A DNA stretch of 64,000 nt from an uncultured Acidimicrobiia bacterium (GTDB lineage: Bacteria > Actinomycetota > Acidimicrobiia > Spongiisociales > ZC4RG35). The first letter of the stretch is position 1. Each line of letters begins with the position of its first letter. The notes beneath the pieces were generated by a model, which saw nothing but the letters and a program-made list of their open reading frames with translations, did not search any database and had not been told where the DNA came from. A program made the position numbers and the translations under genes. Where the stretch lies: positions 2,642-66,641 of the forward strand of contig CAXMOW010000005.1 of NCBI GenBank assembly GCA_964195235.1, written 5' to 3'. Of the stretch, positions 34,334-43,094 are shown piece after piece.

Positions 34334-34963
34334 CTAACCCAGCCTTCTTGGATTCTGCGTGTAGGTCCCCTCGACGCTGGCCTCGGCAAGGATGTGGCCA
34401 GCGATTGCTTCACGAAGGTCGTGTCCGGTGAACCCACCCTCGACTAACACGGTCTCAACGTCTAAGGCGAAGACTGTAAAGACATAGTGGTGGAGAATGC
34501 TGTCGTTCCATGGTGGGGCGGGACCGTCGTAGCCGTGATATTGGCCGGTCATTTCAGGATCGCCCGAGAACCACCCGGTGAAGTCATTGAGCCCCTGTCG
34601 GCTTCCATGAGGTCCATCGGCAACGTCCTGACCGCCGACCACGACACCGTCGGCGAAAGCGCCCTCCTCAATGGAGTGCAACTCCGGGGGAAGGTCAGCC
34701 ACGACCCAGTGAAAGAAATCCACCCTGGGTAGATCCGCAGGGATCTCGCGATCCTCTTGATTCACATCGTCGCCAACGCTGGGGACGTCGTAGTCGTGAC
34801 AGACGAGCGCAAATGAACGCGTGCCTTCCGGGACGTCGCTCCAGGAAAGATGGGGATTGACGTTGCCGGCCAGGGTGACATGTGTCTCTGGATGTGGTTC
34901 GGCAAACGCGTAACGCGCCGGGATCGTCCCTCCATTTTCAAAACTGGATGTCGTGAGCTCCAT
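34334..34963 (-). CDS. YbhB/YbcL family Raf-kinase-inhibitor-like (PEBP) protein
   Basis: 209 aa. PEBP-like pattern (SFALVCHDYDVPS, FHWVVADLP, YHGYDGPAPP). Confidence 0.75.
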   Translation of the reverse strand: MELTTSSFENGGTIPARYAFAEPHPETHVTLAGNVNPHLSWSDVPEGTRSFALVCHDYDVPSVGDDVNQEDREIPADLPRVDFFHWVVADLPPELHSIEEGAFADGVVVGGQDVADGPHGSRQGLNDFTGWFSGDPEMTGQYHGYDGPAPPWNDSILHHYVFTVFALDVETVLVEGGFTGHDLREAIAGHILAEASVEGTYTQNPRRLG

Positions 34964-34983
34964 GTTCCGGACCCTACCTCCCG

Positions 34984-35916
34984 CTAGATGAGCGAAACAA
35001 TGTTCGCTAGTTCCTCCACCCCGGCAGCATCGATCGGGTCGAGAACCACCTGAATGTGGTCCATTCCAGCATCAGCGAACGCAGCGATGTTTGACGCCAT
35101 CTCCTCATGGCTACCCGTGATCGGACCTGCCTGCGGACGATCTTCACTGCCGGCCACTCGTCCCTCGCCTCTAGATAGCTGAACGTAGATAGCGGCGGTC
35201 CTCTCGACCTCCGAGGGGTCACGACCAACCTCGACACAAGCAGCCTCGAGATCGCCGACCAGTGGTGCCAAACCAGATACGTTGTTGCCAAACCAGACAT
35301 GCCACGTATTCCAGAGATCGACATGAGGAGCGGTGATTCTCAGCATTCGAGGACCGTTCGATCCGACCATGATCTTCATGTCGGGACGCGCCTCAGGCAG
35401 TAGCTCCATGCTTCGATGGGTGTAATACCGACCTTCGAAGTCGATTGCACCTTCACGCAACAGCGTCCGAATGACTGTGAAGGCTTCCTCGAACCGAGAA
35501 ACACGGTTGTCGTAAGGGAAACCGAATGCTCTGTACTCGGGAAGATTCCACCCCGCCCCCAAGCCGAGAATCAGCCGGCCTCCGCTGATGTCGTCCACCG
35601 TTGCGGCCTTTTTGGCAATCATGGCCGGGGAATGGAATGAAGTCGCTGCCACCAGCGGCCCCAACTCGACCCGATTGGTTGCTTCCGCGAGGGCCGCAAG
35701 TGTCGACCAGGCTTCGAGAGGTCCCCTCGTCCCGGTGACATCGTCACGAAACAAGAGGTGATCCCCCACCCAGATCGAATCGAATCCACAGTTTTCTGCG
35801 GTCAATGCGATGTCACGGAACTCGATCCAGGGAACGTCCCGTTCGACTTCGGGTAGCTGAACACCGATCTTCATTTCTCCAATCATCCAGGCATCGTACG
35901 AACATCGGTGTCTCAT
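34984..35916 (-). CDS. LLM-class F420-dependent-type oxidoreductase
   Basis: 310 aa. Luciferase-like barrel (FDSIWVGDHLLF, GRLILGLGAGW). The true start may be an internal Met (35886 or 35874, MKIGVQLPE). Confidence 0.82.
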   Translation of the reverse strand: MRHRCSYDAWMIGEMKIGVQLPEVERDVPWIEFRDIALTAENCGFDSIWVGDHLLFRDDVTGTRGPLEAWSTLAALAEATNRVELGPLVAATSFHSPAMIAKKAATVDDISGGRLILGLGAGWNLPEYRAFGFPYDNRVSRFEEAFTVIRTLLREGAIDFEGRYYTHRSMELLPEARPDMKIMVGSNGPRMLRITAPHVDLWNTWHVWFGNNVSGLAPLVGDLEAACVEVGRDPSEVERTAAIYVQLSRGEGRVAGSEDRPQAGPITGSHEEMASNIAAFADAGMDHIQVVLDPIDAAGVEELANIVSLI

Positions 35917-35929
35917 CGGCTACAAAGGG

Positions 35930-37627
35930 ATGATGTCGAACGACCTCTCTGCACTCAATCCGATTCAGAGGTCCAGAGACATCGAGCAGATGACGTCATC
36001 TCCTCTCGACATCCTCGTCATCGGTGGTGGCATCACGGGAAGCGGTGCTGCGCTTGACGCTGCGAGCCGTGGGTTGAGCGTCGGCCTCCTCGAACAGCGT
36101 GATTACGCATCGGGGACTTCAAGCCGGTCGTCCAAGCTGTTCCACGGCGGACTCCGCTATCTCGAACAACTCAATTTTGGGCTAGTCAGTGAGGCGCTTG
36201 GCGAGCGAAATCTGATGCTGAAGATGCTCTGCCCCCATCTGGCGAGACCGGTCTCATTTGTCTACCCGCTGAGACATCGGTTGTGGGAACGAGCTTATGT
36301 CGGTGTCGGGGTCTTCATATACGACCTCATGGCAAAGAGATCGGGAAGCCCACTCCCCCGCCACGAGCACATCTCCAAGTCACAGTTGGAGGAGATGGCC
36401 CCGGCAATCGATGGGTCGAAATTCCATGGCGCGGTCCGCTATTGGGATGCGCAGGTAGATGATGCCCGTCATACCATGATGGTGGCTCGAACTGCCGCCG
36501 CCCACGGAGCAACTCTGGCTACCAGTTCCCGTGTCGTCGGCCTCGAGGCCACCGATGCCGGTGTCCTGGTGTCGGCTATTGACCTCGAGTCGGGGAATCC
36601 ACTCAACATCGAAGCCAAGACCGTGATTAACGCCGCAGGAGTTTGGAGCGATGACATTCAGGATCTAGCCGGTAGCGACGGTCTCGATGTTGAGGCATCG
36701 AAGGGAATTCATCTCGTCGTGCCCAGGGATCGAATCGCTTCGGAAACCGGAATGATCCTTCGCACCAAGGACAGTGTCCTCTTTGTGATCCCATGGGATC
36801 AACACTGGATCATCGGGACCACCGACACACCATGGTCTCTCCGCCGTGCCCATCCAGCAGCCAGCAAGACAGACATTGACTACGTCCTCGGATGGATCAA
36901 CACGGTCCTGGCTAAACCCCTTCGACCCGATGATGTCGTCGGGGTCTACGCCGGGCTGCGACCATTGCTCACGGGCGAATCTGAGGAGACATCCAAGCTA
37001 AGCCGCGAACACGCGGTCATTGACGATGGGCGCGGACTGATTTCTGTGGCCGGTGGCAAGTACACGACCTACAGACTGATGGCGAGGGACGCCGTCGATG
37101 TTGCAGCCCGTTATCTGACGGGCAAAGTTCCCGAGTCACGCACTGCCGAACTGCCGCTGGTGGGTGCCGACTCCTACCGTTGGGCCAAGGGCGAATCGCT
37201 TCCGGCAGATGTGAGCGAGGACACCCATGTTCGGCTCCTGGGCCGATATGGATCCTTGGCCCGGGAGATCTATGCCATTCTCGAACGGCGACCCGAACTT
37301 GGAGATCGGGTTTCGGAAGAGCCATATATGGGCGCCGAGATCGTGTATGCCGCCACCCACGAAGGCGCCCTCCATCTCGATGACTTCCTCACCCGACGCA
37401 CCCGGATATCCATCGAAACCCGGCATCGCGGTGCGCAGGCGGCCGGGCCGGTGAGCCGTCTTGTCTCACCCCTGTTGGGCTGGGATGAGACGATACAAAA
37501 CCGCGAAATTGAACACTATCGAGCCCGCGTCGAAGCTGAGCGAGACTCACAGCGGCAACCAGACGATCGTACGGCGGACGCCGCTCGGATGGGAGCTTCC
37601 GACGTCCGTACCGGATTGTCCATTTAG
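35930..37627 (+). CDS. glpD: FAD-dependent glycerol-3-phosphate dehydrogenase
   Basis: 565 aa. FAD fingerprint DILVIGGGITGSGAALDAASRG, SSRSSKLFHGGLRYLE, and a C-terminal alpha-helical domain. Confidence 0.9.
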   Translation: MMSNDLSALNPIQRSRDIEQMTSSPLDILVIGGGITGSGAALDAASRGLSVGLLEQRDYASGTSSRSSKLFHGGLRYLEQLNFGLVSEALGERNLMLKMLCPHLARPVSFVYPLRHRLWERAYVGVGVFIYDLMAKRSGSPLPRHEHISKSQLEEMAPAIDGSKFHGAVRYWDAQVDDARHTMMVARTAAAHGATLATSSRVVGLEATDAGVLVSAIDLESGNPLNIEAKTVINAAGVWSDDIQDLAGSDGLDVEASKGIHLVVPRDRIASETGMILRTKDSVLFVIPWDQHWIIGTTDTPWSLRRAHPAASKTDIDYVLGWINTVLAKPLRPDDVVGVYAGLRPLLTGESEETSKLSREHAVIDDGRGLISVAGGKYTTYRLMARDAVDVAARYLTGKVPESRTAELPLVGADSYRWAKGESLPADVSEDTHVRLLGRYGSLAREIYAILERRPELGDRVSEEPYMGAEIVYAATHEGALHLDDFLTRRTRISIETRHRGAQAAGPVSRLVSPLLGWDETIQNREIEHYRARVEAERDSQRQPDDRTADAARMGASDVRTGLSI

Positions 37628-38919
37628 GCATCGACCTCGTCATCGGAGGGCAGTGCTTCAAGATCGAAATTGCTTCTGGCATTCCATAGAATCCAACCCA
37701 CTCCCCTGTCCTCAGCTGCCTGAATCGACGACCGGATCTGAACGTTTCGCCACCAAAACGCCTGGAGCCAAGGCCGCAGCACCGTTCCCGGCGCCAGCCG
37801 GGGCAGAGCGTCGTCAATGGCGTCCGCCGTCACTTCATACGGATGATCGTTGGGGTCGGGGAAACCCAGCCATCCCAGCGAATAGTGACTCGGGTAGACC
37901 ATTGGGCTGAGTGCATCCAGCTGTCTGGATAGCTCCTCCGGCCGTTGTCCGAGACCCTGGTCGTCTGACACCGACACCACGATGGCAAACACGTCCGCAC
38001 TCACTGCACAGCCCATTGGTATCAAAACCTCGCGAGCCGCTGCCAGGAAACCCTCTGTTGCTGCGAGACGCTCCTCCGAAGTCAACCCCAGCTGACCGGT
38101 CACCTGGGCAGTACGACCCGCGGGAAACCGCACGTAGTCAAACTGGATCTCGTCGAATCCAATTGCGCACGCCTCGATGGCCAGGTCGATGTTGTATTGC
38201 CATGCCGGCAATGAACGGGGGTCGATCCAGGCGCCTGCCAGCTTCTCTTCAGGATGTGCCCTCACTCGATGCAAGTCCTCGAAGACGACCAGCCGAGTGA
38301 TGGCGTACAAACCGTGCTCATGCGCTTGATTGATCCTGTTGGCTGGGTTGTATAGGGGTTCGACGGCGTCGATGGCGTGCGCCTCGTCAACCGAAGTCTC
38401 ATAGAGCACCCTCCCACCCTGTTGTTTGGTGTCGAAGACAAAGGCATTCACAGCTGATTTATCAGCCAACTCCAGAAGATGGTCAAAACTGGCGTCGTCT
38501 CGAGCCGCCTCGGCGCCCACACGCAAGCCACGGATTCGCAACGGATCGATGACGGTCCTGACAAGCTCGGAGGAGTCTTCCCACTTGGTTTCGGTTTGAG
38601 TCCACCCCGGCTTCTCGACTGTCACCAGAGCAGGAACGCTGATCTCGAGAGTGAACAGGCCGGATTGGTCTGTGTAGACCTCCAAACCAAAGGCGTTGAC
38701 TCGCGCTCCCGCTACTGGATCGCCATTCGAATCTTCTACCAGCCCCGACAGCAGCGCTAATAGCATGGTGCTGGTTGTGGTCGGCGAAAGGGTCGTCGTT
38801 GTAGTCGACGTAGAGGTCGTAGTGGTCAGCTCGGTGGTCGTGGTGACGCCTGTTCCCGCACCGGTACAGGCAGTGAGGAGCAGCCCAAGAATCGGAACGA
38901 AGACCCGTCGGCACTTCAC
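37624..38919 (-). CDS. Lipoprotein with a Thr-rich linker, a CarboxypepD_reg-like domain and a putative glycoside-hydrolase-like (DUF4015/GHL) TIM barrel
   Basis: 431 aa. Lipobox LLLTAC, then a VTTTTELTTTTSTSTTTTTLSPTTTST linker. NAFVFDTKQQGG..., IDPRS..WQYNIDLAIEA..GFDEIQFDYVRFP is typical of DUF4015. Confidence 0.65.
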   Translation of the reverse strand: MKCRRVFVPILGLLLTACTGAGTGVTTTTELTTTTSTSTTTTTLSPTTTSTMLLALLSGLVEDSNGDPVAGARVNAFGLEVYTDQSGLFTLEISVPALVTVEKPGWTQTETKWEDSSELVRTVIDPLRIRGLRVGAEAARDDASFDHLLELADKSAVNAFVFDTKQQGGRVLYETSVDEAHAIDAVEPLYNPANRINQAHEHGLYAITRLVVFEDLHRVRAHPEEKLAGAWIDPRSLPAWQYNIDLAIEACAIGFDEIQFDYVRFPAGRTAQVTGQLGLTSEERLAATEGFLAAAREVLIPMGCAVSADVFAIVVSVSDDQGLGQRPEELSRQLDALSPMVYPSHYSLGWLGFPDPNDHPYEVTADAIDDALPRLAPGTVLRPWLQAFWWRNVQIRSSIQAAEDRGVGWILWNARSNFDLEALPSDDEVDA

Positions 38920-38935
38920 TGGTGGATCGTAAGAG

Positions 38936-39388
38936 TCAACTCCAGCGTATGACCATCACACCAATCGCGAAAAGGATGAGCAACGTGTCGACGGTGCCCC
39001 ACATCGCTAGCTTGGCGCTCGATGCCTTGATCCGGCTCTGATCGCCCGATTCAACTGCTTCGGCGGCAGCTTCACCACCTGGCGTGAACACAACAATCCC
39101 GAGAATCGCCCCGATGATGATGACGACGAAACCAACGGTCACAAACCTGGTTCCAAGTCCGAAGGCCTCAATGCGCAAGACCATCCATATGCCGGTGACA
39201 AGGATCAGGAGTGCGGCAGGCATGTACAGCTTCTTGCTGAGCCCGGCACCTACTCGATACCAACCGGCAACAGCTTCGACACTCTGTTTGGCCATTAGCG
39301 GTGGCACCACGGCTTGCATGATGTTGGCGCCGAACCATGTCGCTGCGGCGGCGATGTGAATGATGAGGAGAAAACTGTTGAGGTCCAT
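38936..39388 (-). CDS. Integral membrane protein (4 TM), family not recognised
   Basis: 150 aa from the ATG at 39388 (MDLNSFLLIIHIAAAATWFGANIM...), with hydrophobic helices throughout. The upstream 27 codons of the track ORF look non-coding. Confidence 0.55.
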   Translation of the reverse strand: MDLNSFLLIIHIAAAATWFGANIMQAVVPPLMAKQSVEAVAGWYRVGAGLSKKLYMPAALLILVTGIWMVLRIEAFGLGTRFVTVGFVVIIIGAILGIVVFTPGGEAAAEAVESGDQSRIKASSAKLAMWGTVDTLLILFAIGVMVIRWS

Positions 39389-39423
39389 GAACGCGCCACG
39401 ATACCGCGACATCTCATTCTCCG

Positions 39424-39822
39424 GTGGCAGCCGTACGATCGTTTCTCGTGGCCAGAAACCAAGACGCACCCGGATGTCGCGACGCAGCTATCGGCACTTT
39501 TCTGCTCTTAGGGCTAGCGATTGTTTTCATGGCCATCGGCATCACTTTGAGCAACCAGGCCGACTGCACCGATGCCTGCGAGACACTGGGACTCACACTC
39601 TTGTACGCCGGCGGTCCCATTTCTGGTGGCTTCGGCGTTCTGCTCGGCGGTGTATGGCTGGCCTGGCCTTTGGAAGTGACCCTCTGGGTGGTGCTCGGCT
39701 TTCTGTCGGCCAGGTGGGCAGAGAGACGTGGGCGGGGTGCCCTTGGTGTCGCCCTCATCATCGTTCTGATTGCCCTGGTCTATGGACTAGTCCTCTCGCA
39801 ATTCGTCGAAATAGCCATTTAG
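39424..39822 (+). CDS. Hypothetical membrane protein (about 4 TM)
   Basis: 132 aa with four hydrophobic segments (IGTFLLLGLAIVFMAIGITL, GGPISGGFGVLLGGVWLAW, LWVVLGFL, GVALIIVLIALVYGLVL). The start is uncertain (GTG). Confidence 0.5.
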   Translation: MAAVRSFLVARNQDAPGCRDAAIGTFLLLGLAIVFMAIGITLSNQADCTDACETLGLTLLYAGGPISGGFGVLLGGVWLAWPLEVTLWVVLGFLSARWAERRGRGALGVALIIVLIALVYGLVLSQFVEIAI

Positions 39823-39854
39823 AAAACTTCGCCACCACTTACCGTGATGGTTGC

Positions 39855-40220
39855 ATGCCAAAAGTGACACTTTTCCAAACCAATATCGTCCGTCTCGTGG
39901 GGTTGGGACTAGCAGCGGCGATCCTCATCGCCGCTGCTGGAACTTCGTTCGCCAGTTTCGAGGCCGCTTCAACCGGTTCAGACTTGAAGCCGTTGAATGG
40001 TGCCGAGACAGTCATCGATCTGATTCAGGGCCGCGAGACAATTCTGTGGAGCTCCCTGACCGGCACTGTCACCAACATTCGCACAGTTGGGTGGCCGAGC
40101 AGCGACGCCACACACGAACTCGGAGGCGCCTTGATGCTCGAACATCCGGAGGACGGAACGGTTGGCATCGTCGATTTTGGTGAGAAGCCAATGTCGATGG
40201 CTTTCGAAGTCAACGGCTGA
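39855..40220 (+). CDS. Hypothetical exported/anchored small protein
   Basis: 121 aa from the in-frame ATG at 39855, with a signal/anchor (IVRLVGLGLAAAILIAAAGTSFA). Only the 3' third of track ORF 39360..40220 looks coding. Confidence 0.5.
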   Translation: MPKVTLFQTNIVRLVGLGLAAAILIAAAGTSFASFEAASTGSDLKPLNGAETVIDLIQGRETILWSSLTGTVTNIRTVGWPSSDATHELGGALMLEHPEDGTVGIVDFGEKPMSMAFEVNG

Positions 40221-40232
40221 CCTGAGCCACCT

Positions 40233-41489
40233 CTAAACGGCTAGATATTTGGTTAGGTCGTTTTCGTCGAACGGTCCTACTGCACCGATCATTCGAGTCT
40301 CTGCACCAAACATGTCGCCGGCGACGGCCTGAACCTGATCGAGATCGATCGACTCCAGTTTGTCGAGCCGCTCATCGACTGAAAGATGGGGCATCCCGGT
40401 CATCTCATCCCGGCCAAGTCTGACCATACGACTGTTGGGGTCCTCCATCGCTAGGGCGAGGCCTCCCCTCATGGAGCCTTTGGCGCGTTCCAACTCCTCT
40501 GCTGTGATGCCTTCGGCCACGACCTTGGCCAGTTCTTCTCGAATGATGTTCATCGCGGTTTCGGTCTGACTTGGCGTCGTCCCGACGTACACCCCCCACG
40601 CGCCATTGTCGGCGTAGGCGAGCTTGAAGGCGTAGATGGCGTACGCAAGACCACGTTCTTCGCGCACCTCGCGGAATAGGCGCGATGACATTCCAGAGCC
40701 CATCACATGGTTGAGAATCTCGAAAGCCCAGCGGCGGTCATCAGAGCGATCGAGACCGTGGCCACCGAGGATGATATGGGCCTGCTCGGTATCGCGGCGC
40801 TTCACATGGATTTTCGAGGTTGCCTCCGCAGGACTGTGATCATGATTGACACGTTCACCTGACCAGTCGCCGAACCTGTCACCGATCATCTCAACAAGCT
40901 CATCGTGGTCGACAGAACCGGCCGCGGCAACAACCATCGAGCCGGCGCCGTAGCGACGCTTCCAGTAACTGGCGATCTCGTCGCGGGAGACGCTCCTGAT
41001 CGAGTCCCGGGTTCCCAGCACCGGATCTTCGAGGTCATGGTCGGTGAATACCGCAGTCGTGAATCGTTCGAAGGCGACGTCGTTGGGGTCGTCCTCGTAC
41101 ATGTTGATCTCTTCGATGACCACCTGGCGCTCGGAATCGATCTCGTTGGAGCGAAATGCTGGTCGCTGAATGATCTCGGAAAGGATGTCCAGTCCTGTTG
41201 ACAATTCCTGGTCGAGAAGTCGAGCCCAGTAGCAAGTCGCCTCTTTCGACGTGAATGCGTTGGATTCAGCACCGATAGCATCAAACGTCTCAGACACTTC
41301 TCTTGCAGACAGCGTCTCAGAACCCTTGAAGAGAAGATGTTCGAGGAAGTGGGAGATCCCGGATTCGTTGGAGTTTTCGTCGCGGCTTCCAGTGTCGACC
41401 CAGCAGCCGATGGCCACTGAACGCAGCGATGGCATCGACTCGGAGACGACTCGGAGGCCGTTGGGAAGTGTTGTCAGGTCGTAGTGCAC
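40233..41489 (-). CDS. M16 family zinc peptidase (pitrilysin-like)
   Basis: 418 aa. Inverted zinc motif HFLEHLLFKG with a downstream Glu. Confidence 0.9.
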   Translation of the reverse strand: MHYDLTTLPNGLRVVSESMPSLRSVAIGCWVDTGSRDENSNESGISHFLEHLLFKGSETLSAREVSETFDAIGAESNAFTSKEATCYWARLLDQELSTGLDILSEIIQRPAFRSNEIDSERQVVIEEINMYEDDPNDVAFERFTTAVFTDHDLEDPVLGTRDSIRSVSRDEIASYWKRRYGAGSMVVAAAGSVDHDELVEMIGDRFGDWSGERVNHDHSPAEATSKIHVKRRDTEQAHIILGGHGLDRSDDRRWAFEILNHVMGSGMSSRLFREVREERGLAYAIYAFKLAYADNGAWGVYVGTTPSQTETAMNIIREELAKVVAEGITAEELERAKGSMRGGLALAMEDPNSRMVRLGRDEMTGMPHLSVDERLDKLESIDLDQVQAVAGDMFGAETRMIGAVGPFDENDLTKYLAV

Positions 41490-41562
41490 GTCGGAAGGGT
41501 ATTACGCCTCCATGCGTGTGCACATCGGGACACCCATTGCCGCTCTTGTGAACACGCGTGGG

Positions 41563-43041
41563 CTAGCGACGCACTGCGGAGAAGTCAGTGGTCAGCAGGG
41601 TCGCCCACATGTCTATTCCGTACCAAAGATTTGCGATTCGCACATTCTCATCAGGCGCATGCTGGTTGTTGTCGTGATTGGCGATCGGCAACAGCGCGAC
41701 GGGTGCCTTCAAGATGTCCTTGAACAGATAGAGCGGGATCGAACCACCAAAAGTGGGCAGCGCAACCACGTTTTCCCCACTTGCCCTCTCGCAAACGTCG
41801 AGCAATGTTGTGGCCAGTGGTGAAGACATTGGGATCCTTGCTGCGCGGTAACCGGAGCCCCTATCCATCTTTGCGATCCGCCGCGTCGCACGACGCTCCT
41901 CAGACGTTGGCTCCCGATCGAGGATCATGTAGCCCTCCGCCTCCAATCGAGCCGCAACACGGTCGAGCATTGTGTCGGGATCGTCCCCGGCTGCGAGACG
42001 GATGTCGACCGAAGCCGTGGCTTCAGCCGGGATCACGTTCCTTGCGTTTTCACCGACAGCGGCAGCCTCGAGGCCTCTCACGTTGAACGTCGGCAACATG
42101 AGTCGCTCCGCATAGCTGCCGTCTTCCACCTCAGGGCCACCGAATCCGAGTTCGTCGCGAAGTCGATCTTCAACCGGAGGAAGGGCGTCGATCGCAGCCC
42201 TGTCGGCGTCCGAAATCGGCCAGGTGTCGTCGTAGAAACCTTCGATGGTGACCATCCCCGCATCGTCTTTGCACCCTGCGAGAAAAGATGCCAGCTCAAA
42301 AGCAGGGTTTGGGACCCAGTTGCCGTAGTGCCCTGAGTGCAACTCACGAGCAGGCCCGTAGAAAGTCAGCTCAAACCCTGAGTAGCCACGCACTCCAAAC
42401 GCCACTTGGGGGGCGCGCGTTTGATGAACCGGACCATCACAGAGGAGCCAGGCGTCGGCGTCCAGCGGTGACGCCAGGTGCTCCATGTATCGCCCCAAGT
42501 TCGGACTCCCAGACTCCTCTTCCCCTTCGAACAAGAAGACCAGATCAACCGTCCTCTCCACTTCCCCGAGCGCATCAATAGCCGCTGTCAGGGCGGCGAA
42601 GGGAGTCTTGTCATCCGAGGCACCCCTGGCATAGATTCGCCACTCGGGGTCGATGCGATCTCCCGGCTTGGGGAACTCGATCACCTCTCCCCCTTGGTGC
42701 CACGGACCTGAGGTCAACACTGGAGAGAACGGAGCCGTTGTCCAGTTGGTTGGGTCGACGGGTTGACCGTCGTAGTGGACATACACACCGAGAGTCGCTG
42801 TCGGGTTGGGCGAACACAATTCACCAATCACGACTGGACTCGCGTCGGGGAGCTCCACGATCTCCATTGAGGCTCCCCTAGCCTCAAAACGACGAACCAG
42901 CTCCTCGGCGTTGCGCCGCAGGTCATGGACGGAACCTGTCACATTCGGTATCTCGAGGAGGGCGGCAAAGTCGCGGAGCACCTGCCAGCCACGATCGCTT
43001 TTGTGAGTTGACGCGGCGGCGAGAGCTGGTGTTGCGGTCAT
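41563..43041 (-). CDS. M20/M25/M40 family metallo-hydrolase (dipeptidase-like)
   Basis: 492 aa. VHYDGQPVD, RGASDDK, FEGEEESGS. Confidence 0.87.
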   Translation of the reverse strand: MTATPALAAASTHKSDRGWQVLRDFAALLEIPNVTGSVHDLRRNAEELVRRFEARGASMEIVELPDASPVVIGELCSPNPTATLGVYVHYDGQPVDPTNWTTAPFSPVLTSGPWHQGGEVIEFPKPGDRIDPEWRIYARGASDDKTPFAALTAAIDALGEVERTVDLVFLFEGEEESGSPNLGRYMEHLASPLDADAWLLCDGPVHQTRAPQVAFGVRGYSGFELTFYGPARELHSGHYGNWVPNPAFELASFLAGCKDDAGMVTIEGFYDDTWPISDADRAAIDALPPVEDRLRDELGFGGPEVEDGSYAERLMLPTFNVRGLEAAAVGENARNVIPAEATASVDIRLAAGDDPDTMLDRVAARLEAEGYMILDREPTSEERRATRRIAKMDRGSGYRAARIPMSSPLATTLLDVCERASGENVVALPTFGGSIPLYLFKDILKAPVALLPIANHDNNQHAPDENVRIANLWYGIDMWATLLTTDFSAVRR

Positions 43042-43094
43042 GGTGGAATCGTAGGGATATCAGGCTTGACAACTCATGAGACAATGAGCGATCT

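Noticed and set aside
39360-39854. The 5' two-thirds of the 286-aa ORF 39360..40220 +.
   Set aside because: The translation is Arg/His/Cys-rich and overlaps a better membrane-protein frame (39424..39822). Only the 3' part, from the ATG at 39855 with a signal/anchor sequence, looks coding.
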